A stretch of 64,000 nucleotides of DNA from an uncultured Candidatus Saccharibacteria bacterium. Lineage in GTDB: Bacteria > Patescibacteriota > Saccharimonadia > Saccharimonadales > Saccharimonadaceae. Where the stretch lies: assembly GCA_963528595.1 (NCBI GenBank), contig CAURUU010000003.1, positions 11,042 to 75,041 on the forward strand. The letters run 5' to 3'. A model generated the notes under the pieces. That model had not been told where the DNA came from. It saw only the letters and a program-made list of their open reading frames with translations, and did no database searches. This document shows, one piece after another, positions 54,566 to 63,579 of this stretch (position 1 is its first letter; each line of letters begins with the position of its first letter). The translations under genes and the position numbers were made by a program.

Positions 54566-56850
54566 AATAATTCTATAGTAAATTAGTTCGTAGTGTGGCC
54601 ATTTATTTGGTAAATATTATCTATTAGCTTTTACAAATTTTATTCTGACTGTAAGACTCTAGCGCTTGGTCCATACGCTTTAATTGTACCCATGGGTCAT
54701 TGTTAAACATTACGCATCGTATATCACCTGAAGTATCTGCGCCCAATGCCAACCATACTTCAGCTCGAGCCCTATACTTATTCATAGTAGCTATTATTTG
54801 CAATTTAGAAATAATATCTTGCTCTGAGTGACCGCTCATATAGGTTATACCTCCCCAGGGCTGTCCATTATTTGTGATCTGCAATGAAAAATCATGTAAT
54901 TTGCCCTTATCTTTCTTGACTTGAGAGTTAACCATATTCATATATTTCATTATATTGTCTACGGTCTCCTGAGGTATCGTCATCAGAAAGAAAACGATAT
55001 CAGTTGCTGAAGGATCATTTAGTTGTTTGATGGTGTTGACAAGTTTCTTGAAGTCCTTGTTGTGCCAAGGATTAAATAAAGCATCTTCCTTTTTAGGTTT
55101 TGGTGCACCCATCTTCTTGTGATAGTAGTCTGCATCAATAATCTGACCAAAAGATTGGTCTAATACAAGCATATTAGAATCTCTAGGCATAAATAGCCCG
55201 TACCGCAGATGATATGCAAGGTGGATGATCTCATTTGATGATATTATACCTTCATGATTTTCAATACGCTGTTTAATGTAAAAAGCAAATTCATAAGGGT
55301 CTTTGAAATATTCAGCCATTAGGTCGATATCAAACAGACTTAGCTGTATCGGAGGTAATTGATCTATATCCACCAGGAGCGCGCGCATCTGATCCATTAC
55401 CGCTGGGTACGGCTCATTTGACACACATAGTATGTACGCGTGCTTTATGTCTTTTGGCAGTGTAAGCTGACTGCCTGATTTATCGATTAAATTATAAGAT
55501 TCATTGCCTAAAAGTGTATTACGGACTTTTATGCCCTGTCTATATGGATCGATAACTGCCTTTTGAAAGTCAGATTTAATAGCGTCAATATCACCGTTGA
55601 GTGCAGCAGCTGTCATTTTTTTGCTTTTGTTCTGGGCAATAATGGCTGTGTTACCAATAATTCCCATTACATCAATGTCGGTTATAGTGTTCTTCCCTTT
55701 AACAATCTTGACAGCTTTGTAAGTATTTGCCCTACCAAAGATACTTTTAAAATAGGCATAGGTTATATCCTCAGTTACCTCGCCAATATGCTTGTTGGCA
55801 GTGTTGGTGTATTGCTTATCTTGGCGCATCCAATATAAAGGACTTTTATATATAGCTGATGCTAGTGCCATCGTGTTCGGGAAGAAGTAGGTGTCGTTCC
55901 CTAGATTGATGATCGGCTTATAAGTGAATATATTTTCATTGCCAGGTTCGCTAAATGTTTCTGGTTGGTCGCCAAACGAACAACTAAATAGGTCGAGAAA
56001 TGCCTGAATATCTTCTTTTGTAATACTTTTGTCTGCAGCTCGTATGGCTTTTACGATGAGGTCAAAAGAGAAAGCTATCTCATCAATTGCGCGTAATGAC
56101 TTTGATTGCTCGTCGGTAAGTATTGAATGGGCGAAATGTATACCATTGAACATGCTCTTCAGGGCGAAGAATATAGTTTTTGATTTTGCGATACTAAAAT
56201 TTGTATTATCCTTTATCCAGTCTTCATCTTGCGCGTATAGTTTTTGTGCTATTTCGAATGGTTGCAAATCATAAAACCCTATGTCACCGTAAAAGGTTGT
56301 TTCTATGATTATCTCTTTACTACTAAAGACTTCCCGAAATTCTCTCTCTTTCTCTTCGTCACTCATAGCCTCGATTTGTTCTGGTGTATGCCTCACTATA
56401 GCTTCGCTAAAATCGTACATATAAGTACTGTGAAGCTCATCAAGTAGTGACCTGGTGTATTTTATCGCCTCCTCAATTTGCTCTCCACTAATCTCATTAA
56501 AGCTAACAGTTTTGTTTTTAAGCATTAATCCCATGAGGAAGGCTACCTCGTTGTTGTGCAACCTCCTCCTCCAATCTATATTACCTACATCATGTATAGC
56601 TATAAAGAAGTCTCGTAAAATAATTTCTGCAAAGGCATGTATATACCCCCTTGTTGTTACGAGCAACTCTATGTCAGATATAATATCCTCTCGTGAGCGT
56701 TTTTCTGATATCTTTTTACTATTTTTCATAAGCTTATTATACTCGCAAGAACTGTCTGCACAATAATATGAGGGTATTGCCGAGGCAATTTTAAGCATAA
56801 GATAGCCTTAGTGCGTATTCTACGTTTCTGTTAAGTTCGAGTCTGGAAAA
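54566..56850. mobile_element. AT-rich genomic islet next to the tRNA cluster (no integrase visible)
   Basis: Hand-counted 60-nt lines inside the islet give 28%, 40% and 40% G+C. Flanking genes give 52% and 63%. The islet holds a single ORF, and its distal edge carries a 13-nt copy of the tRNA-Phe T-arm. Confidence 0.45.
54624..56729 (-). CDS. large orphan protein (701 aa from ATG 56729; 724 aa from ATG 56798) with a central PD-(D/E)xK-like nuclease motif
   Basis: An uninterrupted low-GC ORF. TATAAT at 56741-56736 lies 6 nt before ATG 56729. The motif reads GEVTEDITYAYF...TITDIDVMGIIGNTAIIAQNKSKK (E...D-x12-Q-x-K). Confidence 0.8.
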   Translation of the reverse strand: MKNSKKISEKRSREDIISDIELLVTTRGYIHAFAEIILRDFFIAIHDVGNIDWRRRLHNNEVAFLMGLMLKNKTVSFNEISGEQIEEAIKYTRSLLDELHSTYMYDFSEAIVRHTPEQIEAMSDEEKEREFREVFSSKEIIIETTFYGDIGFYDLQPFEIAQKLYAQDEDWIKDNTNFSIAKSKTIFFALKSMFNGIHFAHSILTDEQSKSLRAIDEIAFSFDLIVKAIRAADKSITKEDIQAFLDLFSCSFGDQPETFSEPGNENIFTYKPIINLGNDTYFFPNTMALASAIYKSPLYWMRQDKQYTNTANKHIGEVTEDITYAYFKSIFGRANTYKAVKIVKGKNTITDIDVMGIIGNTAIIAQNKSKKMTAAALNGDIDAIKSDFQKAVIDPYRQGIKVRNTLLGNESYNLIDKSGSQLTLPKDIKHAYILCVSNEPYPAVMDQMRALLVDIDQLPPIQLSLFDIDLMAEYFKDPYEFAFYIKQRIENHEGIISSNEIIHLAYHLRYGLFMPRDSNMLVLDQSFGQIIDADYYHKKMGAPKPKKEDALFNPWHNKDFKKLVNTIKQLNDPSATDIVFFLMTIPQETVDNIMKYMNMVNSQVKKDKGKLHDFSLQITNNGQPWGGITYMSGHSEQDIISKLQIIATMNKYRARAEVWLALGADTSGDIRCVMFNNDPWVQLKRMDQALESYSQNKICKS

Positions 56851-56878
56851 AATGTGCCATCTCGCTTATACTTAAAAC

Positions 56879-58453
56879 ATGACTAAAGCGTGGCGTGATG
56901 TTGGATCGTTGTATCAGATTTATCCGCGAAGTTTTCGAGACTTGAACGGTGATGGGGTCGGAGACTTGAACGGCATTACGCTCAAGATGGACTATCTTAG
57001 TGATCTCGGCGTTGACGCCATTTGGATTTCGCCGTTTTTCACGTCGCCCATGACTGACTTTGGCTATGACGTGGCGGATTATCAAAATGTTGATCCGGTA
57101 TTTGGCGGTCTGGATGATTTTCGTATGTTGTTGGATGAAGCCCACGCGCGCGACATCAAAGTGATGATTGACCTGGTGCCGTGCCACACGTCTGACCAGC
57201 ATCCGTGGTTCGTTGAGTCGCGTTCTGACCGGGATAATCCCAAGCGGGATTGGTATGTGTGGCGAGACGGTAGTGACGGGCATGAGCCGAACAATTGGGT
57301 CAGTTTGGCGGGCGGCAGGTCATGGACGTTTGACGCTGATTCTGGTCAGTACTATTTGCACTCATTTTTGCCAACCCAACCAGACCTTAACTGGGGCAAT
57401 CCTGAGGTACGCTTGGCTATCAAAGATGTGGTGCGATTTTGGTTTGATATGGGTGTGGACGGCATACGCGTTGATGCCATCTGGGGGATTTCCAAAGATC
57501 CAGAACTGCGTGACGACTCGCCAAACCCTAATTTCTATGGCGATGCTGACAGCTACGGTGCCTATATTCATGACCATTGCAAGCACGGGCCGCATTTTGA
57601 AGCGTATTTGCACGAGCTGGCGAGTGTTTGCGATAAATATGAGGATAAACAAATGGTGTTTGAGTTCTACCCAGACGAGCGCCTTGGTGACATCTGGCGG
57701 CAATATCACGACGTCATCCACGTTCATCCGAAAGCCACGGCCTTTTTCATGGAACATCGGCAAAACGATTGGCACGGTGAACATACTGGCTGGAATATCA
57801 TGAACTATTTGGAGGCGACAGGGGAGAATATATCATTCTTCTGCCTTGGCAATCATGACCAACCACGTGTGACGTCTCGCTTAGGACTGCCGCGATCCCG
57901 TGCACTGCAGTTTCTCAATCTGTTGTGTCCGGGCGTCAGCGTGATGTACTATGGCGATGAGATTGGCATGGAAGACGTTGATTTGACGCAACATGATGTG
58001 CAAGATGGCTTTCATCGCTCGCTTCAAGACGACCGCAATCGTGCCCGTACGCCCATGCAGTGGAACAGCTCGCGCTATGCTGGGTTCGCCAATGTGCTGC
58101 CATGGCTGCCAGTGCATCCTAATCATAAACAGGTCAATGTCGCCAAAGAGACCAAAGACCCAAGCTCGCTGTTGTGGCTATGTCGGAAATTATTGGAGCT
58201 GCGACATGAACTGCCAATTTTACGCCACGGTACCATGGAGAAGCTTGACACTGGTAATGGCTTTGTCTTAGGGTTTCGTCGCCAACTTGACGGTCAGCAG
58301 CTGCAGATATATATCAACTTTGCGGATTCAGCACAAACAGTGTGGTTGTCAGAAACCGGCCGTGTGATCATCGGTACAAACCCAGACATTCGTGTAGATG
58401 GTAATATGTTACAGCTGCCTGGCTATGGCGGTGTATTGATTGACATAAAGTAG
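56879..58453 (+). CDS. GH13 alpha-glucosidase / oligo-1,6-glucosidase family
   Basis: Motifs seen: DLNGDGVGDL, DLVPCHTS, GIRVDAIW, EFYP, LGNHDQPR. TATACT at 56867-56872 lies 6 nt before the ATG. Confidence 0.9.
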   Translation: MTKAWRDVGSLYQIYPRSFRDLNGDGVGDLNGITLKMDYLSDLGVDAIWISPFFTSPMTDFGYDVADYQNVDPVFGGLDDFRMLLDEAHARDIKVMIDLVPCHTSDQHPWFVESRSDRDNPKRDWYVWRDGSDGHEPNNWVSLAGGRSWTFDADSGQYYLHSFLPTQPDLNWGNPEVRLAIKDVVRFWFDMGVDGIRVDAIWGISKDPELRDDSPNPNFYGDADSYGAYIHDHCKHGPHFEAYLHELASVCDKYEDKQMVFEFYPDERLGDIWRQYHDVIHVHPKATAFFMEHRQNDWHGEHTGWNIMNYLEATGENISFFCLGNHDQPRVTSRLGLPRSRALQFLNLLCPGVSVMYYGDEIGMEDVDLTQHDVQDGFHRSLQDDRNRARTPMQWNSSRYAGFANVLPWLPVHPNHKQVNVAKETKDPSSLLWLCRKLLELRHELPILRHGTMEKLDTGNGFVLGFRRQLDGQQLQIYINFADSAQTVWLSETGRVIIGTNPDIRVDGNMLQLPGYGGVLIDIK

Positions 58454-58473
58454 CCCCGCCTGATGACGGGGCT
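58452..58473. terminator. hairpin between convergent genes
   Basis: AGCCCCG-CCTGATGA-CGGGGCT, overlapping the GH13 stop codon. There is no clean T run. Confidence 0.5.
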
Positions 58474-58494
58474 AACGTTTGTTTGCTTTGTTTG

Positions 58495-60039
58495 TTATGG
58501 GTTCACAAAGTTCATGCCTGAGTACGATACGTCGTATTGGTCGTAGTTTGGCAATGTTGCGTTTGGATATTTTGCTTTGTAGGCATCGCGGATCGAAGCG
58601 GCCTGAATGTCGGATGTCACCGTGTTGTTGATGGTGTCGACCGTCAGAATCCTGGTTGGGTTGTAGTCATTTGAGTGGAATGCACCCAAGAATGAGGCAA
58701 CCTTGTTACCGTGCTTACCTGTGTCAACGCGACTGGCTGCCTGTCCGACATGTCCTGAGAAGGCCATGCGGATGTTTGGATATGCCAAGATCAAATTGTC
58801 GTAGACATAGCGTGGGGTCTGTTTGCCAGTACCGTATCCAGCGCCAGTACCGATTGAGCCATCGGCGTTCAGTAGCGAGTGACTCAGGACGATAACGTTG
58901 TGCTTTGGATGGGAGGCTACGACGTTCTTAGCCCAATTGACCGCCTCAGCACGTGGCCAAAGCTCAAGTGTCAAGACAAGCCACTGTTTACCTTCAGCGG
59001 TAAAGGTTTTGTAGGCGTTGTCAACTTTGCCATTTTCAAACATTTGGTTAGCTGACAGCTTTTGGCGAGCAGCGGAGAAGTACCGGTTGAATACCGTGGT
59101 ATCTCGTGCCCATTCGTTAGTGTGTCGCCAGTCGCAAGCACCGCCACCACCACAAACAGCCTTTGTGTCGTGGTTACCGATGGTGGTCAAATAAGGAATG
59201 TTTGCCTGGTCAATAGTCTTGAATGCGTTGGACGCGACGATGTATTGATCTGGTTTATCAATGCCTTCATGTCCACCAGAAGTGACCATGTCACCAGTGT
59301 GAGCCAAGAAGCGGATGTCGTATTTTTCTTTATTTTTCACGGTCCAGTTGGTGCGGGCAGCGAATTGATTGCCTGACCATTGGAAGACTTCCTGTTGTGT
59401 GTCAGGGTAGACTGCGATAGAGAATTTACCATCTTTGACTGGGTCGACATTACCGTTGCCATTACCATTGTTATGCTGGACTGGCTTGACGTAGAACCAC
59501 TCTCGGCTCTCCTGGATATAGCCAGCTTTCTGAAGCTCTTGTCGATCTTTGGCAGTGACTTGGCGGAAATTGAAATGCTTGTACCGCATGCGGTAAACCA
59601 TCTCTGCACCATCTTTCAATTCAGCTTGAGCGTAAAAGGCGATTCCTTTGCAGGTGAATCCGTACTTTTTACAAGCATTGTCAGCCTCATTTTTATTGAC
59701 CGTCAAAAGACTTGTGTAGTTGCCGTCTTGTAGTGTTGCGTCAGCGCGATACACTGGCACCAAACCGCTGCCTGCAGTTGTTGACACCATAAAAATAGGG
59801 CGCACTGTTGTGAAGCCATTTTTGGCTGCTTGTTGGATTTCTGTTTGGGATGTTGTGACAAAGCTGTGTGGCTTGCCAGGCCTGGACACTTCATACGCAG
59901 TTGCGTTGAGCGCTGGACTGGCGGCTTTGGCGTTTGATGACGTTGCAATTGGCCACGCGATTGCCGCGACCGCAACGAGTGCAAATACTAAACTTGCTGT
60001 AAAAGCACTCAGACGACGTTTGATCGTGATATGTTTCAC
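58495..60039 (-). CDS. secreted or anchored calcineurin-like metallophosphoesterase with an N-terminal repeat domain
   Basis: GTG start behind a GAGGAGGG SD, then a signal/TM helix. Motifs seen: HTGDMV, GNHD, LSHS, FSGHVG. Confidence 0.8.
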   Translation of the reverse strand: MKHITIKRRLSAFTASLVFALVAVAAIAWPIATSSNAKAASPALNATAYEVSRPGKPHSFVTTSQTEIQQAAKNGFTTVRPIFMVSTTAGSGLVPVYRADATLQDGNYTSLLTVNKNEADNACKKYGFTCKGIAFYAQAELKDGAEMVYRMRYKHFNFRQVTAKDRQELQKAGYIQESREWFYVKPVQHNNGNGNGNVDPVKDGKFSIAVYPDTQQEVFQWSGNQFAARTNWTVKNKEKYDIRFLAHTGDMVTSGGHEGIDKPDQYIVASNAFKTIDQANIPYLTTIGNHDTKAVCGGGGACDWRHTNEWARDTTVFNRYFSAARQKLSANQMFENGKVDNAYKTFTAEGKQWLVLTLELWPRAEAVNWAKNVVASHPKHNVIVLSHSLLNADGSIGTGAGYGTGKQTPRYVYDNLILAYPNIRMAFSGHVGQAASRVDTGKHGNKVASFLGAFHSNDYNPTRILTVDTINNTVTSDIQAASIRDAYKAKYPNATLPNYDQYDVSYSGMNFVNP

Positions 60040-60117
60040 TTACCCTCCTCGTTTAACTGATACCACTACCATTTTACTATACAGGACAGGAGAATGCGAA
60101 TGCGGTATAATGAATAT

Positions 60118-61290
60118 ATGAATCGACGACCCCTGGCGGAACAGATGCGGCCGCAGAAATTGGATGAGGTGATCGGACAAAGCCATTTGCTGGGCGAGGG
60201 TGAGCTGCTCCGCCAAATTGTGAGGTGCGCTGAGCCGGTCAGTTTGATTTTATGGGGACCGCCAGGCACAGGCAAGACCACCTTGGCGCGGATTATTGCC
60301 CGCGAGGTCAATGCCGAATTTGTTGAGTTGTCAGCGGTGACCAGCGGCAAGAAAGATGTTGAGCGAGTAATTGAACACGCTCGGCAGAACTGGAATTTGA
60401 ACCTTAGAACAATTTTGTTTGTTGATGAAATCCATCGCTTTAATAAGGCGCAGCAGGATGCGTTTTTGCCGCACGTCGAGAGTGGGCTGATTACCTTGAT
60501 TGGCGCGACCACCGAGAATCCAAGCTTTGAGGTAATCACGCCGCTACTCAGCCGGACACGGGTGTTGGTGCTCCAGCAACTGACCAAAGATGAAATTGTA
60601 CTAGTGTTGAAGCGAGCGCTGAAGACTTTGAAACAAACTAAGCGGGTGTCACCCAAAGCTTTGGATTATCTGGCGGAATTGGCGGACGGCGACGCGCGGG
60701 TAGCGTTGGGTAATTTGGAATTGGCGCTGAGCTTTGGTGAGAAAGTCACACCAGAGGTCGTCAAGGCCGCGGCTCAGCGGCGACTGCCTGGCTATGATAA
60801 AAAGGGCGATGTGCATTATGACGTCATCTCAGCGTTCATTAAATCGCTGCGCGGCAGCGACCAGGTGGCTGCGGCGTATTATTTGGCGCGCATGATTGAG
60901 GCTGGTGAAGACCCGAAATTCATCGCGCGGCGGATGGTGGTTTTTGCGTCGGAAGACATTGGGTTGGCAGGCAACGGTGCGCTGAGTTTGGCGGTCGCTA
61001 CCTTTGAGGCAGTCGAGCGCGTTGGCCTGCCTGAAGCCAAATACAATCTATTTCACTGCGCTATCGCCCTGGCTCGCAGCCAGAAGTCGCGCGAGATTAC
61101 TGACTTGATGAATGACGCCTTTTCTCTGGCGCGAAAATACCCAAACTCGCCCGTGCCGCTTCACCTTCGTAACGCCTCAACCAGGCTAATGAAAGATTTA
61201 GGCTACGCCAAAGACTACAAATGGCAGGCTGGTTTTCAGCACGAAAAGGGATTTCTGCCAGAAGATATTCCGCGCCCGCCCAAGAATTAG
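60118..61290 (+). CDS. rarA: replication-associated recombination protein A (MgsA/RarA AAA+ ATPase)
   Basis: GPPGTGKTT and DEIHRFNKAQQD motifs. TATAAT at 60106-60111 lies 6 nt before ATG 60118. Confidence 0.93.
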   Translation: MNRRPLAEQMRPQKLDEVIGQSHLLGEGELLRQIVRCAEPVSLILWGPPGTGKTTLARIIAREVNAEFVELSAVTSGKKDVERVIEHARQNWNLNLRTILFVDEIHRFNKAQQDAFLPHVESGLITLIGATTENPSFEVITPLLSRTRVLVLQQLTKDEIVLVLKRALKTLKQTKRVSPKALDYLAELADGDARVALGNLELALSFGEKVTPEVVKAAAQRRLPGYDKKGDVHYDVISAFIKSLRGSDQVAAAYYLARMIEAGEDPKFIARRMVVFASEDIGLAGNGALSLAVATFEAVERVGLPEAKYNLFHCAIALARSQKSREITDLMNDAFSLARKYPNSPVPLHLRNASTRLMKDLGYAKDYKWQAGFQHEKGFLPEDIPRPPKN

Positions 61291-61291
61291 C

Positions 61292-62890
61292 CTACTTTGG
61301 GCAGCGCTCATCAAACCGATCATACAGTGCCGCGTACACGCCATTGGTCCAGCCAAAGCCGTCTTGCAACGGATATTCGCCACCGCCGCCGATGCGTGAT
61401 TCGCTGTCGACGTCATATTTCTCGATCATCTTGCCCTTGTCAGCAAAGACGCGCTCGGTGGAAGCCAGCCACCGTGTCCTGATTTCTTCCGCTAGCTCAT
61501 CAAGTCCGTACCGCTTCAAGCCACAAACCGCCACCCATTGCAGTGGCGCCCAGCCATTTGGCGCGTCCCATTGCTGGCCATTGTCAATCAGCGTCATCCG
61601 CAACCCGCCATCACGCAAAAACTCGCGCTGTAACATTTCAGCCACTTGCTCGGCTTGTTTCTTGGTGGCGATGCTATTGTAGAGCGGGAAGACACCAGCC
61701 AGTGTCGCATGTGGCATCTGTCGACCAGTGCGGAAATTATAATCATAGAAAAAGCCGGTCGCTTCGTTCCAGCAGTACGTCCTGATAGTTTCCGCGCGCT
61801 TTTCGGCAGCCTGAATGAACTTTTTACGTAGAGCTTTTTGCTTCAAGATGCCGTAACATTGAGCGATGGTCATTTCCAGGTCATACAGCAAACAGTTGAG
61901 GTCTACTGGCACAATGTCGGTCGTCTGAATGGTTTCAATGCAGCACGCCTCACCAAACCAGCGCGAACTGAAATCCCAGCCGCTTTCTGCACCAGCTCGC
62001 AGATCCAAGTAGATCTTTGCTTTGTTGGCATTTGGGCTTTTCTGAGCGGTCTCAATATCTTCGCGGCGGCTTTCTGGGCGTGGAGTATTTTTATTGTCAA
62101 AGTAGCGGTTCAGAACGGTGCCATTTGGCATTTTTACCACTCGTCCAGTGGCGATTTGATCAGCGCTGTCGAGCTGCTTATGTCCTTTCATCCAGAATTT
62201 GTATTCTGTCAATAGCAGCGGGAAATATTCCAATAGTACCAAGCTCGAGCCACCGACTTTCCGTGGACGCATCGCCAACAGCTTCACCATAGCAGAGAAA
62301 AATGGTGGCTGACTGCGACTCAGAAAATATGTTCGATTGGCGGTCGGGATATAACCAAACCGTTGGATCATGTAGGAATAATTTTTCATCATGCCATTGA
62401 TCAATTCCCATTGGTTATCAACTGCCAAGCCTAGCATGATGAAGTAGGTGTCCCAGTAAAATTGCTCCGAAAAACGTCCGCCAGGAACAATGTAGTCGTA
62501 CGGCAGGGGAATGAGCGAGCCCGATGCTTTGTGAGCTTGGCGCCTCAGCTGCGGCCATAGCTGCGTGACATGCTGGCGCGCTGATTCGGCTGGCTGAGGC
62601 ACGTGACCTGCATGCGACGGATTAAAATCATAAAAATGTTGATTGACAAATTCTTGCAGATTAAAATCGGGTTTTTTTGAGGCTTCCAAGTATTCTCGCT
62701 GGATGCGTCGCCAGCGCTTTTTTGGCACCACATCGACAAATGTCTTGCCGTCTTGGTAAATTTGCTGCGCTTGGACTTCGTGAAATAGATGCCCAAATAA
62801 TTCGTCAGGATCTTTACGATTGATGGGTGTGATGCGCTGGCTGGTGCGCACCAAAGAGCGTTTAAATTGGTCAACATTTTTCTTTATCAT
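61292..62890 (-). CDS. treA: trehalase (GH37)
   Basis: Both trehalase signatures are present: PGGRFSEQFYWDTYF and QWDAPNGWAPLQ. TATAGT at 62902-62897 lies 6 nt before ATG 62890. Confidence 0.9.
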   Translation of the reverse strand: MIKKNVDQFKRSLVRTSQRITPINRKDPDELFGHLFHEVQAQQIYQDGKTFVDVVPKKRWRRIQREYLEASKKPDFNLQEFVNQHFYDFNPSHAGHVPQPAESARQHVTQLWPQLRRQAHKASGSLIPLPYDYIVPGGRFSEQFYWDTYFIMLGLAVDNQWELINGMMKNYSYMIQRFGYIPTANRTYFLSRSQPPFFSAMVKLLAMRPRKVGGSSLVLLEYFPLLLTEYKFWMKGHKQLDSADQIATGRVVKMPNGTVLNRYFDNKNTPRPESRREDIETAQKSPNANKAKIYLDLRAGAESGWDFSSRWFGEACCIETIQTTDIVPVDLNCLLYDLEMTIAQCYGILKQKALRKKFIQAAEKRAETIRTYCWNEATGFFYDYNFRTGRQMPHATLAGVFPLYNSIATKKQAEQVAEMLQREFLRDGGLRMTLIDNGQQWDAPNGWAPLQWVAVCGLKRYGLDELAEEIRTRWLASTERVFADKGKMIEKYDVDSESRIGGGGEYPLQDGFGWTNGVYAALYDRFDERCPK

Positions 62891-62960
62891 ACTTTTACTA
62901 TAACTGGTTGCGATGGTATAATCTAGAGCAGATATTTTCATAAGGAGAATGTAAATCATT

Positions 62961-63512
62961 ATGGCAACAGCATCACAGGAAAAAACAACAGAAAACTCAA
63001 AGGTTACAGAAGCTCATGTTTCTGAGCAAACTACGCAAGAAAACACCAATCAACAATATTTTGCACAGCCGTCAGCTGCTCCTGTACAGTATGTCGTGAT
63101 GGCAAACTCCCTCAAGGGCGTGAAAGGCTGGCTAGCATTTTTGACAGTGCTAATGGGCTTTGGTGGTATCATCTATACACTGATGTTCTTTGGTGCGGTG
63201 CTAAGATTGAGCAGTCCTGAAGGCGCTGTGTCGATCATCTTTGCGCCAATCATTGCTATTCTATCCTTCACCGCTGTCGTGCTGATTAGTCTGCAGAAAA
63301 AAGTCGGCCGCTATCTGGCTATCGCCGCATACATGACGTCTGCGACGTATTTTACCTTGCTTCAGATTATCATTGCCTCAATGCGCAAGGATTCTGATGC
63401 AGAACGAATTGTTGGCACCATCGGTGGAATATTCATCTACTTCATCGTTGCTGGACTACTGTCACTATATTTTGTGGTTTCAAAGCGCGTCAAAGAAACA
63501 TTGGTGGACTAA
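62961..63512 (+). CDS. membrane protein (183 aa, hypothetical)
   Basis: AAGGAGA SD and TATAAT at 62916-62921. There are 4 TM helices after a polar N-terminus. Confidence 0.65.
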   Translation: MATASQEKTTENSKVTEAHVSEQTTQENTNQQYFAQPSAAPVQYVVMANSLKGVKGWLAFLTVLMGFGGIIYTLMFFGAVLRLSSPEGAVSIIFAPIIAILSFTAVVLISLQKKVGRYLAIAAYMTSATYFTLLQIIIASMRKDSDAERIVGTIGGIFIYFIVAGLLSLYFVVSKRVKETLVD

Positions 63513-63532
63513 TTTCGGTTTACTCCATCCAC

Positions 63533-63562
63533 GAAAATCGCCCTCAGCTTGGGGCGATTTTC
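63533..63562. terminator. bidirectional intrinsic terminator
   Basis: GAAAATCGCCC-TCAGCTT-GGGGCGATTTTC. Confidence 0.75.
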
Positions 63563-63579
63563 ATAGGTAGGGTGTGGGC

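Noticed and set aside
57168-57803. A 211-aa plus-strand ORF in an alternative frame inside the GH13 gene. Similar internal ORFs include 23936-24568, 25508-26167, 40093-40704 and 60066-60656.
   Set aside because: These are alternative-frame or antisense ORFs inside strongly supported conserved genes. They have skewed composition (C, W, R, S-rich) and no initiation signals.
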